Below are positions 26,338-35,834 of a stretch of 35,956 bases of DNA, one piece after another; the first letter of the stretch is position 1, and every line of letters starts with the position of its first letter. Source of the stretch: a virus. Taxonomy: Duplodnaviria > Caudoviricetes. The stretch covers positions 1 to 35,956 of the IMG/VR virus record IMGVR_UViG_3300012231_000030; one strand, written 5' to 3'. Below the pieces are notes generated by a model. That model was given only the letters and a program-made list of their open reading frames with translations, did no database searches and had not been told where the DNA came from. The position numbers were made by a program, and so were the translations under genes.

Positions 26338-26512
26338 ACTGGTTTCACTTTCTATTTATGAATGATCATCATTAATCATTCAATAAAAGTATTATATAAT
26401 TTGATTGCGACTTTTTGGTGGCCAAATTAAGGCATGATTATTAATTATTTGTAATGTTATGTTCACTCTTTGTTCTAGGAGATTGTGGCAGAAATAAGGC
26501 GAAGATGTCTTA

Positions 26513-26554
26513 GAGCCCGCCATGGCGGTCTCGTGAGCCCGCCACAAGCCCCCA
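26513..26554. repeat. GC-rich phased repeats upstream of terS
   Basis: GAGCCCGCCA at 26513 and 26535, AAGCCCCCA at 26546, and palindrome CCGCCATGGCGG at 26517-26528. Confidence 0.55.
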
Positions 26555-26631
26555 GTACGTAAAGCCAAAATTAAAGCCTCTAGGAAACAATAACCTATAT
26601 ACCATAAAATGAAAGATGAACTTCTCGCTAC

Positions 26632-26660
26632 TTTACACAAAACTCATCATCCGCCATAAT
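26632..26660 (+). promoter_or_regulatory. Candidate promoter of the packaging/head operon
   Basis: TTTACA-N17-CATAAT about 50 nt upstream of terS. Confidence 0.6.
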
Positions 26661-26709
26661 CTTGCCGCAATGTTATGTAATGATCAATAATCTCCATCAG
26701 GTCCTTTAA

Positions 26710-27249
26710 ATGCTAAGAATAGTCGAAAATGACGATGAAATAGCCAGGATGGAAGCCGAAGATCGTGCCCGTAAAAAGCACTTTGCGGCGCATGTTGCTT
26801 ATGGCACTCCTTTAGTTCGAGCTATGCGTTTGTGCAAGTTCGATTTGCCCAGTAAATCAAAAGCTGTAGATCTTCTAGCGGATTCATTTGTTAGAGAACA
26901 AATGGAGCTGCGGTTTGAAGAATTGCGTCAATCCCTTCGAAACTCGCGGGAAGCTGTCGTAGCCCAGCTAGATGAAGCGATTGAAATGGCTACGAATCTC
27001 GAAAATCCAGCAGCGGTTGTTGCCGGGGTAGTTGCGAAGGCGAAAGTGCTGGGGCTACTCAATACTCCGGCCGGAGGCAATATGCCGGCTAAAATTACTG
27101 TTGAATGGGGCGACGAGCAACACGAGACAATCTATGAAAAGACCAATCCTTTACTACATGAAGCTGTAAATATGACTTTAGAGACTATGCCGGGGGAAAA
27201 TACAACTAGCATTAACGGTATAAAAAGTGAAAATTCAAATAAAGTATAG
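26710..27249 (+). CDS. terS: Terminase small subunit
   Basis: Directly precedes and overlaps terL. N-terminal HTH-like region, AAVVAGVVAKAKVLGL helix, ITVEW. Confidence 0.75.
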   Translation: MLRIVENDDEIARMEAEDRARKKHFAAHVAYGTPLVRAMRLCKFDLPSKSKAVDLLADSFVREQMELRFEELRQSLRNSREAVVAQLDEAIEMATNLENPAAVVAGVVAKAKVLGLLNTPAGGNMPAKITVEWGDEQHETIYEKTNPLLHEAVNMTLETMPGENTTSINGIKSENSNKV

Positions 27250-28522
27250 TCCTAGGTCGGCGTTTAAGCCATTCCACGCTTCGCAGAAGAGGTTCTCTAC
27301 CTTAGTCTGTCATCGGCGGGCTGGGAAGACCGTAGCTGCAGTAAATAGGCTAATTCGGCGAGCTTTAACGACTACAAAACCTAATCCCCGAACGGCATAC
27401 GTAGGACCCACATTTAGTCAAGCTAAGGACATAGCTTGGACCTATCTTAGGGAATATACGCATGGAATACCAGGAGTCCGATTATTCGAGTATGATCTCC
27501 GCGTTGACTTGCCGAATGGCGGACGAATTAAACTTTACGGAGCTGAAAATCCCAATCGATTGCGTGGGTTATATTTTGACGATGTCGTCTTTGACGAATA
27601 TGCCGATATTGACCCCGGTGTTTGGCAGGATGTTGTACGACCAACCCTTACAGACAGGGGCGGATCAGCTTGCTTTATGGGAACCCCGAAAGGATTAGAC
27701 CAGTTTTACGATATTTGGATACATGCTCAACAGAATCCAGAGGAGTGGTACTGTCTGGATGAGCGGGCTTTCCGCGTTATGAAAGCCTCAGAAACTGGGC
27801 TAATAGCTCCAGAAGAGCTTGTATCTGCCTTTAAACTAATGGCAGAAGATCGGTATGCTCGGGAATACGAGTGCGACTTCACTGCCTCCTTTGAAGGTGC
27901 ATATTATGCCAAGCAGATTCAGAAGCTCATTGCGTCTGATCGGTTCAAAAAGATTGAAAGGGATCCGGCGGCTGATGTGTATGCTTGTTGGGACCTGGGA
28001 ATGGACGATGCAATGGCAATCTGGACCTTCCAGGTTACACACTCTGAATGGCGCTGGTTGGAGTACTACGAAAATTCTGGATTGGACTTGGATCACTATA
28101 CTACATGGTGTAAGAAAAGACCATACCCAATAGATATGCATTATTTGCCACATGATGCTAAGGTTCGTGAACTTCAGACAGGTAAGGAACGGGTTCGATT
28201 CTTGGAGGATAAAGGCCTACGTTGCTATGTTGTTAAGAAGCATAGTCCTGATGATAGAATTAACGCGGTACGTACTATCCTTCCAAGGAGTTATTTTGAT
28301 ATTGGTACTTTATTCGGACTTGAAAAAGTTCGCATGTATCGAACACAGCACAATAGTAAATATGGTGTTAATGCTAATAAACCCTTACACGATAAAATGT
28401 CGCATGCTGCTGATGCTCTAGGTACGGGTGTTATGGGTATTGATGAGGATTTCAGTACGGTGTATAAAAAAAGTGACTGGAAAAAGCCTATAAATCGGAG
28501 CAGTGAGGGCTCATATGCTTGA
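27227..28522 (+). CDS. terL: Terminase large subunit
   Basis: HRRAGKT Walker A, LRG, VVFDEY Walker B, GTPKG coupling motif, EYEC.F, WDLG and SHAADA nuclease motifs. Confidence 0.95.
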   Translation: MKIQIKYSPRSAFKPFHASQKRFSTLVCHRRAGKTVAAVNRLIRRALTTTKPNPRTAYVGPTFSQAKDIAWTYLREYTHGIPGVRLFEYDLRVDLPNGGRIKLYGAENPNRLRGLYFDDVVFDEYADIDPGVWQDVVRPTLTDRGGSACFMGTPKGLDQFYDIWIHAQQNPEEWYCLDERAFRVMKASETGLIAPEELVSAFKLMAEDRYAREYECDFTASFEGAYYAKQIQKLIASDRFKKIERDPAADVYACWDLGMDDAMAIWTFQVTHSEWRWLEYYENSGLDLDHYTTWCKKRPYPIDMHYLPHDAKVRELQTGKERVRFLEDKGLRCYVVKKHSPDDRINAVRTILPRSYFDIGTLFGLEKVRMYRTQHNSKYGVNANKPLHDKMSHAADALGTGVMGIDEDFSTVYKKSDWKKPINRSSEGSYA

Positions 28523-30650
28523 TAGGGTTAAAAAACCCGATAATCAGCGTTCTGGGGCTATTGGGCCAGAAGCCCTTAAACCATTGTCTAAAGAAGATGT
28601 AGAAAAAGTTGCTGGAGCTTATATAGAAGAATGTGTTGATTTTCGCGATGCAGAGCTGCAGGGCGATAGGATTAAAATAGATAGATATTACAGAGGAAAA
28701 GTTGATCTTCCTAACCCAGAGGGTAGGTCAAAGGTTATTGTAACAGCGGTCCGGGATGGCGTTAGATCAGTAGTCCCTTCATTGGCGCGTATTTTTACTC
28801 AGACTGATATTGTGGGTGAATTTTACTCGAATAATGAAGAAGATCAGCAAATGTGTAAAGATGCTACATCTTATTGTAATGATGTATTTTGGCAGCATGG
28901 GGGTTATCGAGCCCTTATTGAAGCATCTACTGATGCTTTAAAAGCGAAAGTAGGTGTGATTAAAGTAGATTTGGAAAATAAAGTATTTACTTCTCATATT
29001 AGTTATGAAACAAATAAATTAGCTGAACAAGGTATTGAATTAGATGATGTTACAGAAGCTAATGATGAAACGACTATTCAATTAAAGACTTCTAAGCGTA
29101 AAGTTTGGAGTTTTACGCCTGTTCCACCGGAGGAATTTATTATACACCCATCAGCTAAGACTATTGAGAGTTCGTGTGCACATGCTCATGAGCGTGAAGA
29201 AACGATTTCTTCTTTAATAGCTATGGGATTCAAGTATGAAGACCTCAAGGACATACCTTCATCTACGCCAATTAACACTGAAGATGAAGAAAGAAAGCAA
29301 AGTTTCAGGGAAAAAAGAGAAGGTACGTCTCCGGAAATTGATCCAACAGCTAGATATCTCTTGTTTGCCGAAGCATATGTGCGTATCGATGCCGACGGGG
29401 ATGGTATTGCTGAACTTCGTAAAGTATGTCTTGCTGGAGAACACAGAAAACTCTTATCAGATGAACCAGTGAATTGGTCACCATTTGCAGAATTTGTAGC
29501 TGAAATAGCTCCACATGTGTTTTATCCTATTTGTTTAGCTGAAGATCTTGTACAGGATCAAGATGCTCAAACTGCATTACTTCGTAGTATTATCGATAAT
29601 GCAGCATTGACAAACAATCCTCGTACTGAAGTTAATGAACGATTTGTTAATTTAGAAGATGTTAAAAGCGGGCGTATTGGTGCTTTGGTACGTGTTCGTG
29701 AAATGGGTCAAATTAATGAATTAGCAACTCCTTTTGTTGCAGGTCAAACACTCCCTGTGCTAGAATATTTACGCGATGTTGCTGAACGTCGTTCTGGTAT
29801 TACAAAGATTTCACAGGGTACAGATCCAGATGCATTGCAGTCACAGCCAAAGATTGCAGCTGCAGCAGCTGTTGCAGCAGCAGATGCTCGTATAGAAATG
29901 ATGGCTAGGAATATAGCTGAAACAGGCGTTAAGAGTTTGTTTAAATGTATTCTTAGAACTGCTATATACAATATTCGTGATGCTCAAAGCATACAAACAC
30001 CGGAAGGATTCAAGAATGTTGATCCTTCTATATGGCATCAATATATGAGCATAAAATGCAATGTTGGCCTTGGCTCTGGACGTATAGAAGAAAAGAAAAT
30101 GGCTCTTACAGGCCTTATACCTATTCAGCAACAGATCCTTCAAATGTTGGGACCAGGTAATCCTGTATGTAATTGGAATCATATTCGTGAAACACTGAAG
30201 ACTTTGTTGCGTTTGAATGGTATAAGGGATTATCAAACATATTTCCCATATGTACCACCTGAAAAACTTGCAGAAATAGATAAACAAATGCAGGAATCTA
30301 ACGCTGAAAATCAGAAAAAGCAACAAGATGCTCAACAAGCACAAAATGGAGCTATGCTTGAACTTGTTAAAGTAGAGGCTCAGAAATCACAGCTAAAATA
30401 TCAAACAGATATGGCTGATCAAAAGCGTAAATATGAAACAGATATTGCTGAACTTAAGACTAAAATATCTGATATGGCATCTAAGCTTAAGATTGAAGCT
30501 ACTAAGATTATACTACAAGATGATCGTGAACGAGACAAAATGGATATGGATTTTGCGATTGGTGTCACGAAAGTTGGAGTAGATGAAGATAAGGTTAAAG
30601 CTACTGAAGCAAAAGTAGCTGCAACACGACCTGCTGGTGGATTACAATGA
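28515..30650 (+). CDS. Portal protein (P22/SU10-like, with C-terminal coiled-coil barrel)
   Basis: YYRG...GRSKVI...VRDGV...PSLARIF; VPPEEF; DADGDGIAELR; NVGLGSG. Likely start MLDRV at 28515. Confidence 0.92.
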   Translation: MLDRVKKPDNQRSGAIGPEALKPLSKEDVEKVAGAYIEECVDFRDAELQGDRIKIDRYYRGKVDLPNPEGRSKVIVTAVRDGVRSVVPSLARIFTQTDIVGEFYSNNEEDQQMCKDATSYCNDVFWQHGGYRALIEASTDALKAKVGVIKVDLENKVFTSHISYETNKLAEQGIELDDVTEANDETTIQLKTSKRKVWSFTPVPPEEFIIHPSAKTIESSCAHAHEREETISSLIAMGFKYEDLKDIPSSTPINTEDEERKQSFREKREGTSPEIDPTARYLLFAEAYVRIDADGDGIAELRKVCLAGEHRKLLSDEPVNWSPFAEFVAEIAPHVFYPICLAEDLVQDQDAQTALLRSIIDNAALTNNPRTEVNERFVNLEDVKSGRIGALVRVREMGQINELATPFVAGQTLPVLEYLRDVAERRSGITKISQGTDPDALQSQPKIAAAAAVAAADARIEMMARNIAETGVKSLFKCILRTAIYNIRDAQSIQTPEGFKNVDPSIWHQYMSIKCNVGLGSGRIEEKKMALTGLIPIQQQILQMLGPGNPVCNWNHIRETLKTLLRLNGIRDYQTYFPYVPPEKLAEIDKQMQESNAENQKKQQDAQQAQNGAMLELVKVEAQKSQLKYQTDMADQKRKYETDIAELKTKISDMASKLKIEATKIILQDDRERDKMDMDFAIGVTKVGVDEDKVKATEAKVAATRPAGGLQ

Positions 30651-30874
30651 GTCCTGAAGAGTTTAGAAAAAAGAAATTAATTAAGGATATTGTTGATAAT
30701 CCTTATTTTCTGCCTGCTGTGGATGATATTAGAGATGAATTAGCTCTTAAAATGTTACATACTGAAAAAGAAGAAGATAGACAGAAATTATTTTCTGAAG
30801 CACAAGCTCTTAGATCTTTAATAGGACGTTTTACAGCTATTGCAAATGAAGTGAGGATGATAAATGCCGCCTGA
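30647..30874 (+). CDS. Small protein between portal and scaffold
   Basis: 75-aa helical ORF at a conserved syntenic position. Confidence 0.65.
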   Translation: MSPEEFRKKKLIKDIVDNPYFLPAVDDIRDELALKMLHTEKEEDRQKLFSEAQALRSLIGRFTAIANEVRMINAA

Positions 30875-31934
30875 TGATCAAATTGAAAATTTAGACGCTG
30901 TAATGGATGCTATTTTAGTCAAGCCAAAGCAACCTATTGCTGAAAAACCTGTTACTGTTAAAAATGGTCATGATTCGGAATTGCCTAGTGATGAAACCGA
31001 TGAGGAAGCTGATCGTTCTGACACGCCGCCTCGTGTTCAAGCAAAAGAAACGCCTAGACAACCCGAAGATCAAAGTGATCCAGATGAAGAAGCTCCAGAA
31101 AGGAGAGAACCATCTGAGATAGATGATGATGGCGAAGATATTGACGTAGATTCAATTGAACTTGAAGTTACTGTAGATGGTGAAACTAAAAAAGTTCCTA
31201 TTAAGGAGCTTAAAGCTAAGTATTCTTTTTCAGGCGCTACTGATAAGCGACTACAAGAAATTACAGAAGGTAGAACAAAGATTATTGAGCAATCTAATCA
31301 GCTCAATCATGTTTATACTAATATGTCTGCCCGTTTACAAGCTTTGGATACTATTCTTGAACAAGCTCAGCAGCCGGATATAGATCTTAATGAACTACGT
31401 GTAAAAGATCCGACACGTTATCTTTTTGAAAAAGAACGTATTCGTGAAATTCAAGAAAAACGTGATCGTATTACGCGTGAACAAGAAAATATAGCAACTC
31501 GTCAGCAAGAACTTAGTCAAGCAGCTTTGCTTGAGCATTCAAGAAATGAATTTCGTAAGCTTGCTGAAATAGATCCAAATTTTGCTGATCGTAAAATAGC
31601 ACCTTTAGCGATGAAACGTTTATATGATGGCGGTCAACATTATAAATTTTCGCCGCAGGAAGTTGCTGCTGTTGCTGATCATCGTGTTTTGCTAGCTTTG
31701 AGTGATGCAGTTAGTTGGCGGGAACATTTAGCTGAACAAGCCCGTAAGAGAGTTAAGACAGTGGAAGCAATACAAGAACCGCGTCCTCTCCTTAAACCGG
31801 GCGTAAAGAAATCTGATAATTCGCGTAGTACTAGAGAAGCACGAGAAATGAAGGCTCTTCGTAGTAAAGCGCGTGAGACTGGGAAACCAGAAGATGTGGC
31901 AAAACTTCTTATTGTAAGAGGGTCACGTAGGTAA
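30864..31934 (+). CDS. Capsid scaffolding protein
   Basis: Acidic disordered N-terminus, VTVDGETKKVPIKEL, coiled coils and a basic C-terminal helix; precedes the MCP. Confidence 0.85.
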   Translation: MPPDDQIENLDAVMDAILVKPKQPIAEKPVTVKNGHDSELPSDETDEEADRSDTPPRVQAKETPRQPEDQSDPDEEAPERREPSEIDDDGEDIDVDSIELEVTVDGETKKVPIKELKAKYSFSGATDKRLQEITEGRTKIIEQSNQLNHVYTNMSARLQALDTILEQAQQPDIDLNELRVKDPTRYLFEKERIREIQEKRDRITREQENIATRQQELSQAALLEHSRNEFRKLAEIDPNFADRKIAPLAMKRLYDGGQHYKFSPQEVAAVADHRVLLALSDAVSWREHLAEQARKRVKTVEAIQEPRPLLKPGVKKSDNSRSTREAREMKALRSKARETGKPEDVAKLLIVRGSRR

Positions 31935-32061
31935 ATACCATGAGGGTTCTACGGAAGCTAAAACAGGGTATTTACATTTGTCGGTATCGCGACAGCCTGC
32001 GAGCTAGGATACTTGGACATGGTGTTATATTGAAATCAACATCTTATCCTGGAGAAATAAA

Positions 32062-33039
32062 ATGGCTGTCGAAGCTGCGGCATTAGAAACATATGATATG
32101 ACTACCATTCGTGAGGATCTTACGGAGGCTGAAAACTTGATTTCACCGACTGAAACACCTTTCCAGTCTATGATTGCTGGCACGGGTAAAGCTAAGTCTA
32201 CTTTGCATGAATGGCCTTTAACTGAACTCGGAGCCGTTGATGGTTCAAACCGAGTAATTGAAGGTGATGATGCGCCTCCGACGGATAATCCAGTTGTTTC
32301 GTCAAGGCGTCAAAATTATTGTCAGATTTCAGATAAAAAGGTTCGTGTAACAGATACTTCACAAGCTGTTGATGCAGCTGCTAATATCGAAGATATTGCT
32401 AAGCAAATAAGCTATAAGCTAAGAGAATTGAAGCGTGATAAAGAAACTATGTTGCTTAGTAAAGCACTTGCTATTCCTGGTTCATCAGGCGTGGCACGTT
32501 CTGCAGCTGGGCTTTATTGCTTCCTTATTACAAACGCTGATCGTGCTACGGTAGGTACGCCAGGAACTGCTCCAACGCTTTCTGGTACGACTGCTGGTTA
32601 TCCCAATGCTACTGGTACTGCTGGAACGCCTCGTGCGCTTACAGAAGTAATGTTCAATGCAGTTATGCAAGCTTGCTGGACTCAAGGTGGCGAGCCGAAG
32701 TATGCATTGGTAAGTGCTATTAATAAGCGTCTTATCAGCTCTACTTTTACTGGTAATGCGACTAAGTTTAAGGATGCTGATGATCGTAAGATTATTAGTG
32801 CAATTGACATTTATGAATCAGACTTTGGTCAGGTTAAGATTGTTCCTGATCGCTTTACATTAGCTTCAGCTGTGTATATGATTGATCCTGAATATGTTGA
32901 TATTTGTAATCTGTATGGGACTAGGCAGTTGCCGCTTGCTCGTACAGGTCACTCCGAAGCTCGATTGATTCAGTGCGAATATACACTGGAAGTTGGCAAC
33001 GAAAAAGCTCACGGAATTGTTGCAGATACGTTGGGCTAG
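32062..33039 (+). CDS. Major capsid protein (SU10/DUF5309-like)
   Basis: REDL...ISPTETPF...HEW..EL...NYCQIS...ELKRDKE...YESDFG...DRF...EYTLEVGNEKAHG. Confidence 0.93.
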   Translation: MAVEAAALETYDMTTIREDLTEAENLISPTETPFQSMIAGTGKAKSTLHEWPLTELGAVDGSNRVIEGDDAPPTDNPVVSSRRQNYCQISDKKVRVTDTSQAVDAAANIEDIAKQISYKLRELKRDKETMLLSKALAIPGSSGVARSAAGLYCFLITNADRATVGTPGTAPTLSGTTAGYPNATGTAGTPRALTEVMFNAVMQACWTQGGEPKYALVSAINKRLISSTFTGNATKFKDADDRKIISAIDIYESDFGQVKIVPDRFTLASAVYMIDPEYVDICNLYGTRQLPLARTGHSEARLIQCEYTLEVGNEKAHGIVADTLG

Positions 33040-33058
33040 ACACCTCCCGCGTAAAACT

Positions 33059-33092
33059 GGGGGTAGTCTGGTTGTGGATTACCCCCTTTTTT
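33059..33092 (+). terminator. Intrinsic terminator after the MCP
   Basis: GGGGGTAGTC/GATTACCCCC stem (one G-U) followed by TTTTTT. Confidence 0.85.
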
Positions 33093-33109
33093 GAAACTAG
33101 GAGCCTAAA

Positions 33110-33397
33110 ATGAAAATTAAGTTTGTTAAGCCGGGTTATTATAATTGTAATTATCCAATGGATTCAGTTGTTGAAGTTGATGAAAATTTTGGTAAATATG
33201 CGATTGGTGTAGGTGATGCAATTACTGCTAAGGCTGAAGATAAAATCACAGATCCAATTCCTTACGTTATGACACCTAAGACAACGGGTGCTGAAGATGC
33301 GTTAACGGTTATTGCTAATGCTCTTAAAGGTATAGCTACAAATGCTCCAGCTCCTGCTCCCGTAAAACATTCTGCCTCAGGAGCTCTTAAACCGTAA
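33110..33397 (+). CDS. Small head-associated protein (hypothetical)
   Basis: AGGAG RBS; MKIKF...VVEVDE..G..AI..G.A pattern common in post-capsid genes. Confidence 0.55.
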   Translation: MKIKFVKPGYYNCNYPMDSVVEVDENFGKYAIGVGDAITAKAEDKITDPIPYVMTPKTTGAEDALTVIANALKGIATNAPAPAPVKHSASGALKP

Positions 33398-33720
33398 TGG
33401 AAAAAACTAAACGAGATACAATGACTGAAATCGACTCGATTATATCCTTTGATCGAGCTGAAAATAAAATGTATATCAAGCGATTCGAAGATGTAGAATC
33501 GGTGCTTGAAGAAAATGCTTATGCTCGTAATCATCAAGGTAATAATGGTTACGGTAAATCACGAATTTGGCGAAAGATAGGTTCAATTCCTTGTATAGTA
33601 GTCGAAAAGATACTGCGTGAACATGGTGTTAATATATTGGATGGTACGCCAGAATCAGATAAATACGTTAAGAAATTTCTTAAGCAAAATCCGAAGTTTA
33701 TGACTGTCAACAAGCTGTAG
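33397..33720 (+). CDS. Conserved head-module protein
   Basis: EDVESVLEEN...WRKIGSIP pattern; TAATG coupling. Confidence 0.6.
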   Translation: MEKTKRDTMTEIDSIISFDRAENKMYIKRFEDVESVLEENAYARNHQGNNGYGKSRIWRKIGSIPCIVVEKILREHGVNILDGTPESDKYVKKFLKQNPKFMTVNKL

Positions 33721-33723
33721 GAG

Positions 33724-33921
33724 ATGGCTATGGTTGAGAAAGTAACTACAATACCTGGATTTAATCCTTCGGGTAATCCAACTGTTAATGAAATTAAAGA
33801 AATGACAGAAGAACTTATCAATTATATTCAAGATAATGTACCTGAAGGACGCCGTCGTTCACTTGCTTTAACTAATTATGAACAAGCAGCCATGTGGGCT
33901 GTTAAAGCTTGTTTTCCATAG
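33724..33921 (+). CDS. Acb2/Tad1-like helical-hairpin protein (candidate signalling-nucleotide sponge)
   Basis: FNPSG...VNEIK....ELI...GRRRSLALTNYEQAAMWAVKA. Confidence 0.55.
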   Translation: MAMVEKVTTIPGFNPSGNPTVNEIKEMTEELINYIQDNVPEGRRRSLALTNYEQAAMWAVKACFP

Positions 33922-33930
33922 GAGTAATCA

Positions 33931-34113
33931 ATGCCAAAATATGCTAAAGGTGCGAGTGGAATGACATATGAAACAGGATCTAAAGGTTCTTTAGGTAAAG
34001 ATATGGCTAGAAATTTGTTAGGTATAGGTGCTACTAAAGCTCCAGTAGCTAGTGTTCCTAAAGTCATGTCTCAAAATAAAGGTAATAAACTTTTTACGAA
34101 AAAAGTACGATAG
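33931..34113 (+). CDS. Small basic protein
   Basis: AGGAG RBS; 60 aa, Lys-rich. Confidence 0.55.
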   Translation: MPKYAKGASGMTYETGSKGSLGKDMARNLLGIGATKAPVASVPKVMSQNKGNKLFTKKVR

Positions 34114-34122
34114 GAACAACCG

Positions 34123-34338
34123 ATGACAAAAATTGTTATGAATAAGTTAACCCAACTTGCAAATGGTGAGAATCATCCAGAAGGAACTATTGTGGATGAA
34201 CTTGATGAGAATAGAGCCACATATCTTATTGCTTCTGGCTCAGTATTAGAAGCTCCTCCAGAAGAGCCTCCTCCTGAAGGACGTGTTGCTTTATCTATTA
34301 AAGATAAAGAAAAAGAGAAAATGAAAATAAAGAAGTAG
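34123..34338 (+). CDS. Small hypothetical virion-module protein
   Basis: AGGA RBS; G.IVDELDE.RATYLIASGSV pattern. Confidence 0.55.
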   Translation: MTKIVMNKLTQLANGENHPEGTIVDELDENRATYLIASGSVLEAPPEEPPPEGRVALSIKDKEKEKMKIKK

Positions 34339-34349
34339 GAGATACGACA

Positions 34350-35192
34350 ATGCCAGCAGGTGGTGGATCAGGTGAAGGCGGCTTAGCGGCTCGTGGTTAT
34401 GGCGGTGTCGCGCAACCTGGAGGAAATTACGGTGGGACGAATGTCGTCGGTACAGGTGGCGGCTTTCTAGGTGATAGAAGTGCCCTCAATGCAGCAGTAC
34501 AGAATACTCAATATTACAAGAACGAAATGCCTGTTCGCAGTACGTTGCCCAAACCTGTGCCCAAACCTGTGCCTATACCTAAGCCGATGCCTGTTGTTAA
34601 AATTGTTAAAGATCCTAAAACTGGTAAGATTGTACAAATTGATGCAAATACAGGTCAAGTAATTGGAAATTATACTGGTTCGTATAATTATTATGGTATG
34701 GATGACTATGCTACTCCTGGTTTTTTTAGCCCAGGTAAAATACAGGATCGTATTCCTGGAGACTATAGCGATTATGATGGACCTGTACCTGGTGGATCAG
34801 ACCAATGGGGTCGTGATTGGGGTGGTATAGGCGGAGGTATGGGGTCTGATCCTGGCTCTCCAACTGGATGGAGTGGGAGCGGTAAAGATCAGAGTCAGGT
34901 TCCAGGTGCTAAAGATCCAAGCCGACTTAGCAGCAGCAGCATGATGATGGCGCCTGCTGGTGCTGAGCAACCAATGGTAAGTCCTGGTCCAGTGGGACCG
35001 GGAGGTCAGCCTATGGGCAACAGACCTACGCCCTTTCAAGTAGGCTCACCAAATCTTGCTTTGATACATGATCAATGGAGACGTCGTGCCGCAATGAATG
35101 AGCATCCGCAAGCTAAACGACTTGGCTATGGACGTATGGGTGAAGCACAACGTATTCTTCAAGGTTTACGTCAAGGAAGAAGGCAAGCGTAA
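34350..35192 (+). CDS. Gly/Pro-rich low-complexity protein
   Basis: AGGAG RBS; PKPV repeats encoded by tandem TGCCCAAACCTG near 34547-34570. Confidence 0.6.
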   Translation: MPAGGGSGEGGLAARGYGGVAQPGGNYGGTNVVGTGGGFLGDRSALNAAVQNTQYYKNEMPVRSTLPKPVPKPVPIPKPMPVVKIVKDPKTGKIVQIDANTGQVIGNYTGSYNYYGMDDYATPGFFSPGKIQDRIPGDYSDYDGPVPGGSDQWGRDWGGIGGGMGSDPGSPTGWSGSGKDQSQVPGAKDPSRLSSSSMMMAPAGAEQPMVSPGPVGPGGQPMGNRPTPFQVGSPNLALIHDQWRRRAAMNEHPQAKRLGYGRMGEAQRILQGLRQGRRQA

Positions 35193-35834
35193 ATGTCATT
35201 TCCTCAGACATATTCGGGTTGGATAACCTATATTAGAGACTGGTTAGCTGCTGATGAATATTCAGATGCTCAAATAGCTTCATTTCTTGATTTAGCACAA
35301 TTACGTCTAAATCGAGAATTAGAATCTTATCATATGGAAGCGGACATTCAGATTACTATAGCAGATATAAATCCTGTGAATATTTCTGTTGTTGTAGCTG
35401 ATTTTAATAAAATACGTTTAGTAAGTTTACCTGATTATGGTCCACTAGATGTACTTGCTATTAATGAAATTAAAAAACTTCTAGCAACGGATGCCTCAGG
35501 TCGTCATAATCCTTATATAAAAGGTTATGCAATTGATGCAGGAAAATTGTATACCTATCCAGCAGTAGCAATAGGCACAATGGTTGATTTTTTGTACTAT
35601 AAAAAGATTCCATATATGGTAAATGGAAGTATGCCTGTTAATTCTAATGTATTTTCAATACACCATCAAGATGCTTTATTGTATGCATCACTTTTAGCCG
35701 GTGCTCCTTACATGAGAGAAAATGCAGATGTACCTCTATGGGAAAATCAGTATGTTCTTGCTTTAATGGCTGGTAGTGAAATGAATAAACATATCAAAAT
35801 GGGTTCAACACCTTTAGTACGTAGGATAGCTTAA
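35193..35834 (+). CDS. Head-tail adaptor protein
   Basis: TYS.....IRDWL...FLDLAQLRLNREL...YYKKIP...DALLYASL..GAPYM...W pattern. Confidence 0.8.
   Translation: MSFPQTYSGWITYIRDWLAADEYSDAQIASFLDLAQLRLNRELESYHMEADIQITIADINPVNISVVVADFNKIRLVSLPDYGPLDVLAINEIKKLLATDASGRHNPYIKGYAIDAGKLYTYPAVAIGTMVDFLYYKKIPYMVNGSMPVNSNVFSIHHQDALLYASLLAGAPYMRENADVPLWENQYVLALMAGSEMNKHIKMGSTPLVRRIA

Noticed and set aside
26392-26640. 82-aa ORF on the - strand
   Set aside because: It crosses promoter and repeat elements, starts at a TTG within the terS promoter, and has no recognisable motif.
33037-33054. Stop read-through or frameshift extension of the major capsid protein
   Set aside because: An in-frame TAA follows four codons after the TAG, then a terminator, and I saw no slippery site.
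7-35039. Many antisense or nested ORFs in the track (e.g. 7-438, 2841-3149, 5071-5379, 8216-8491, 12105-12488, 18819-19157, 29841-30344)
   Set aside because: They lie inside well-supported genes and show no recognisable motifs; they are shadow frames.
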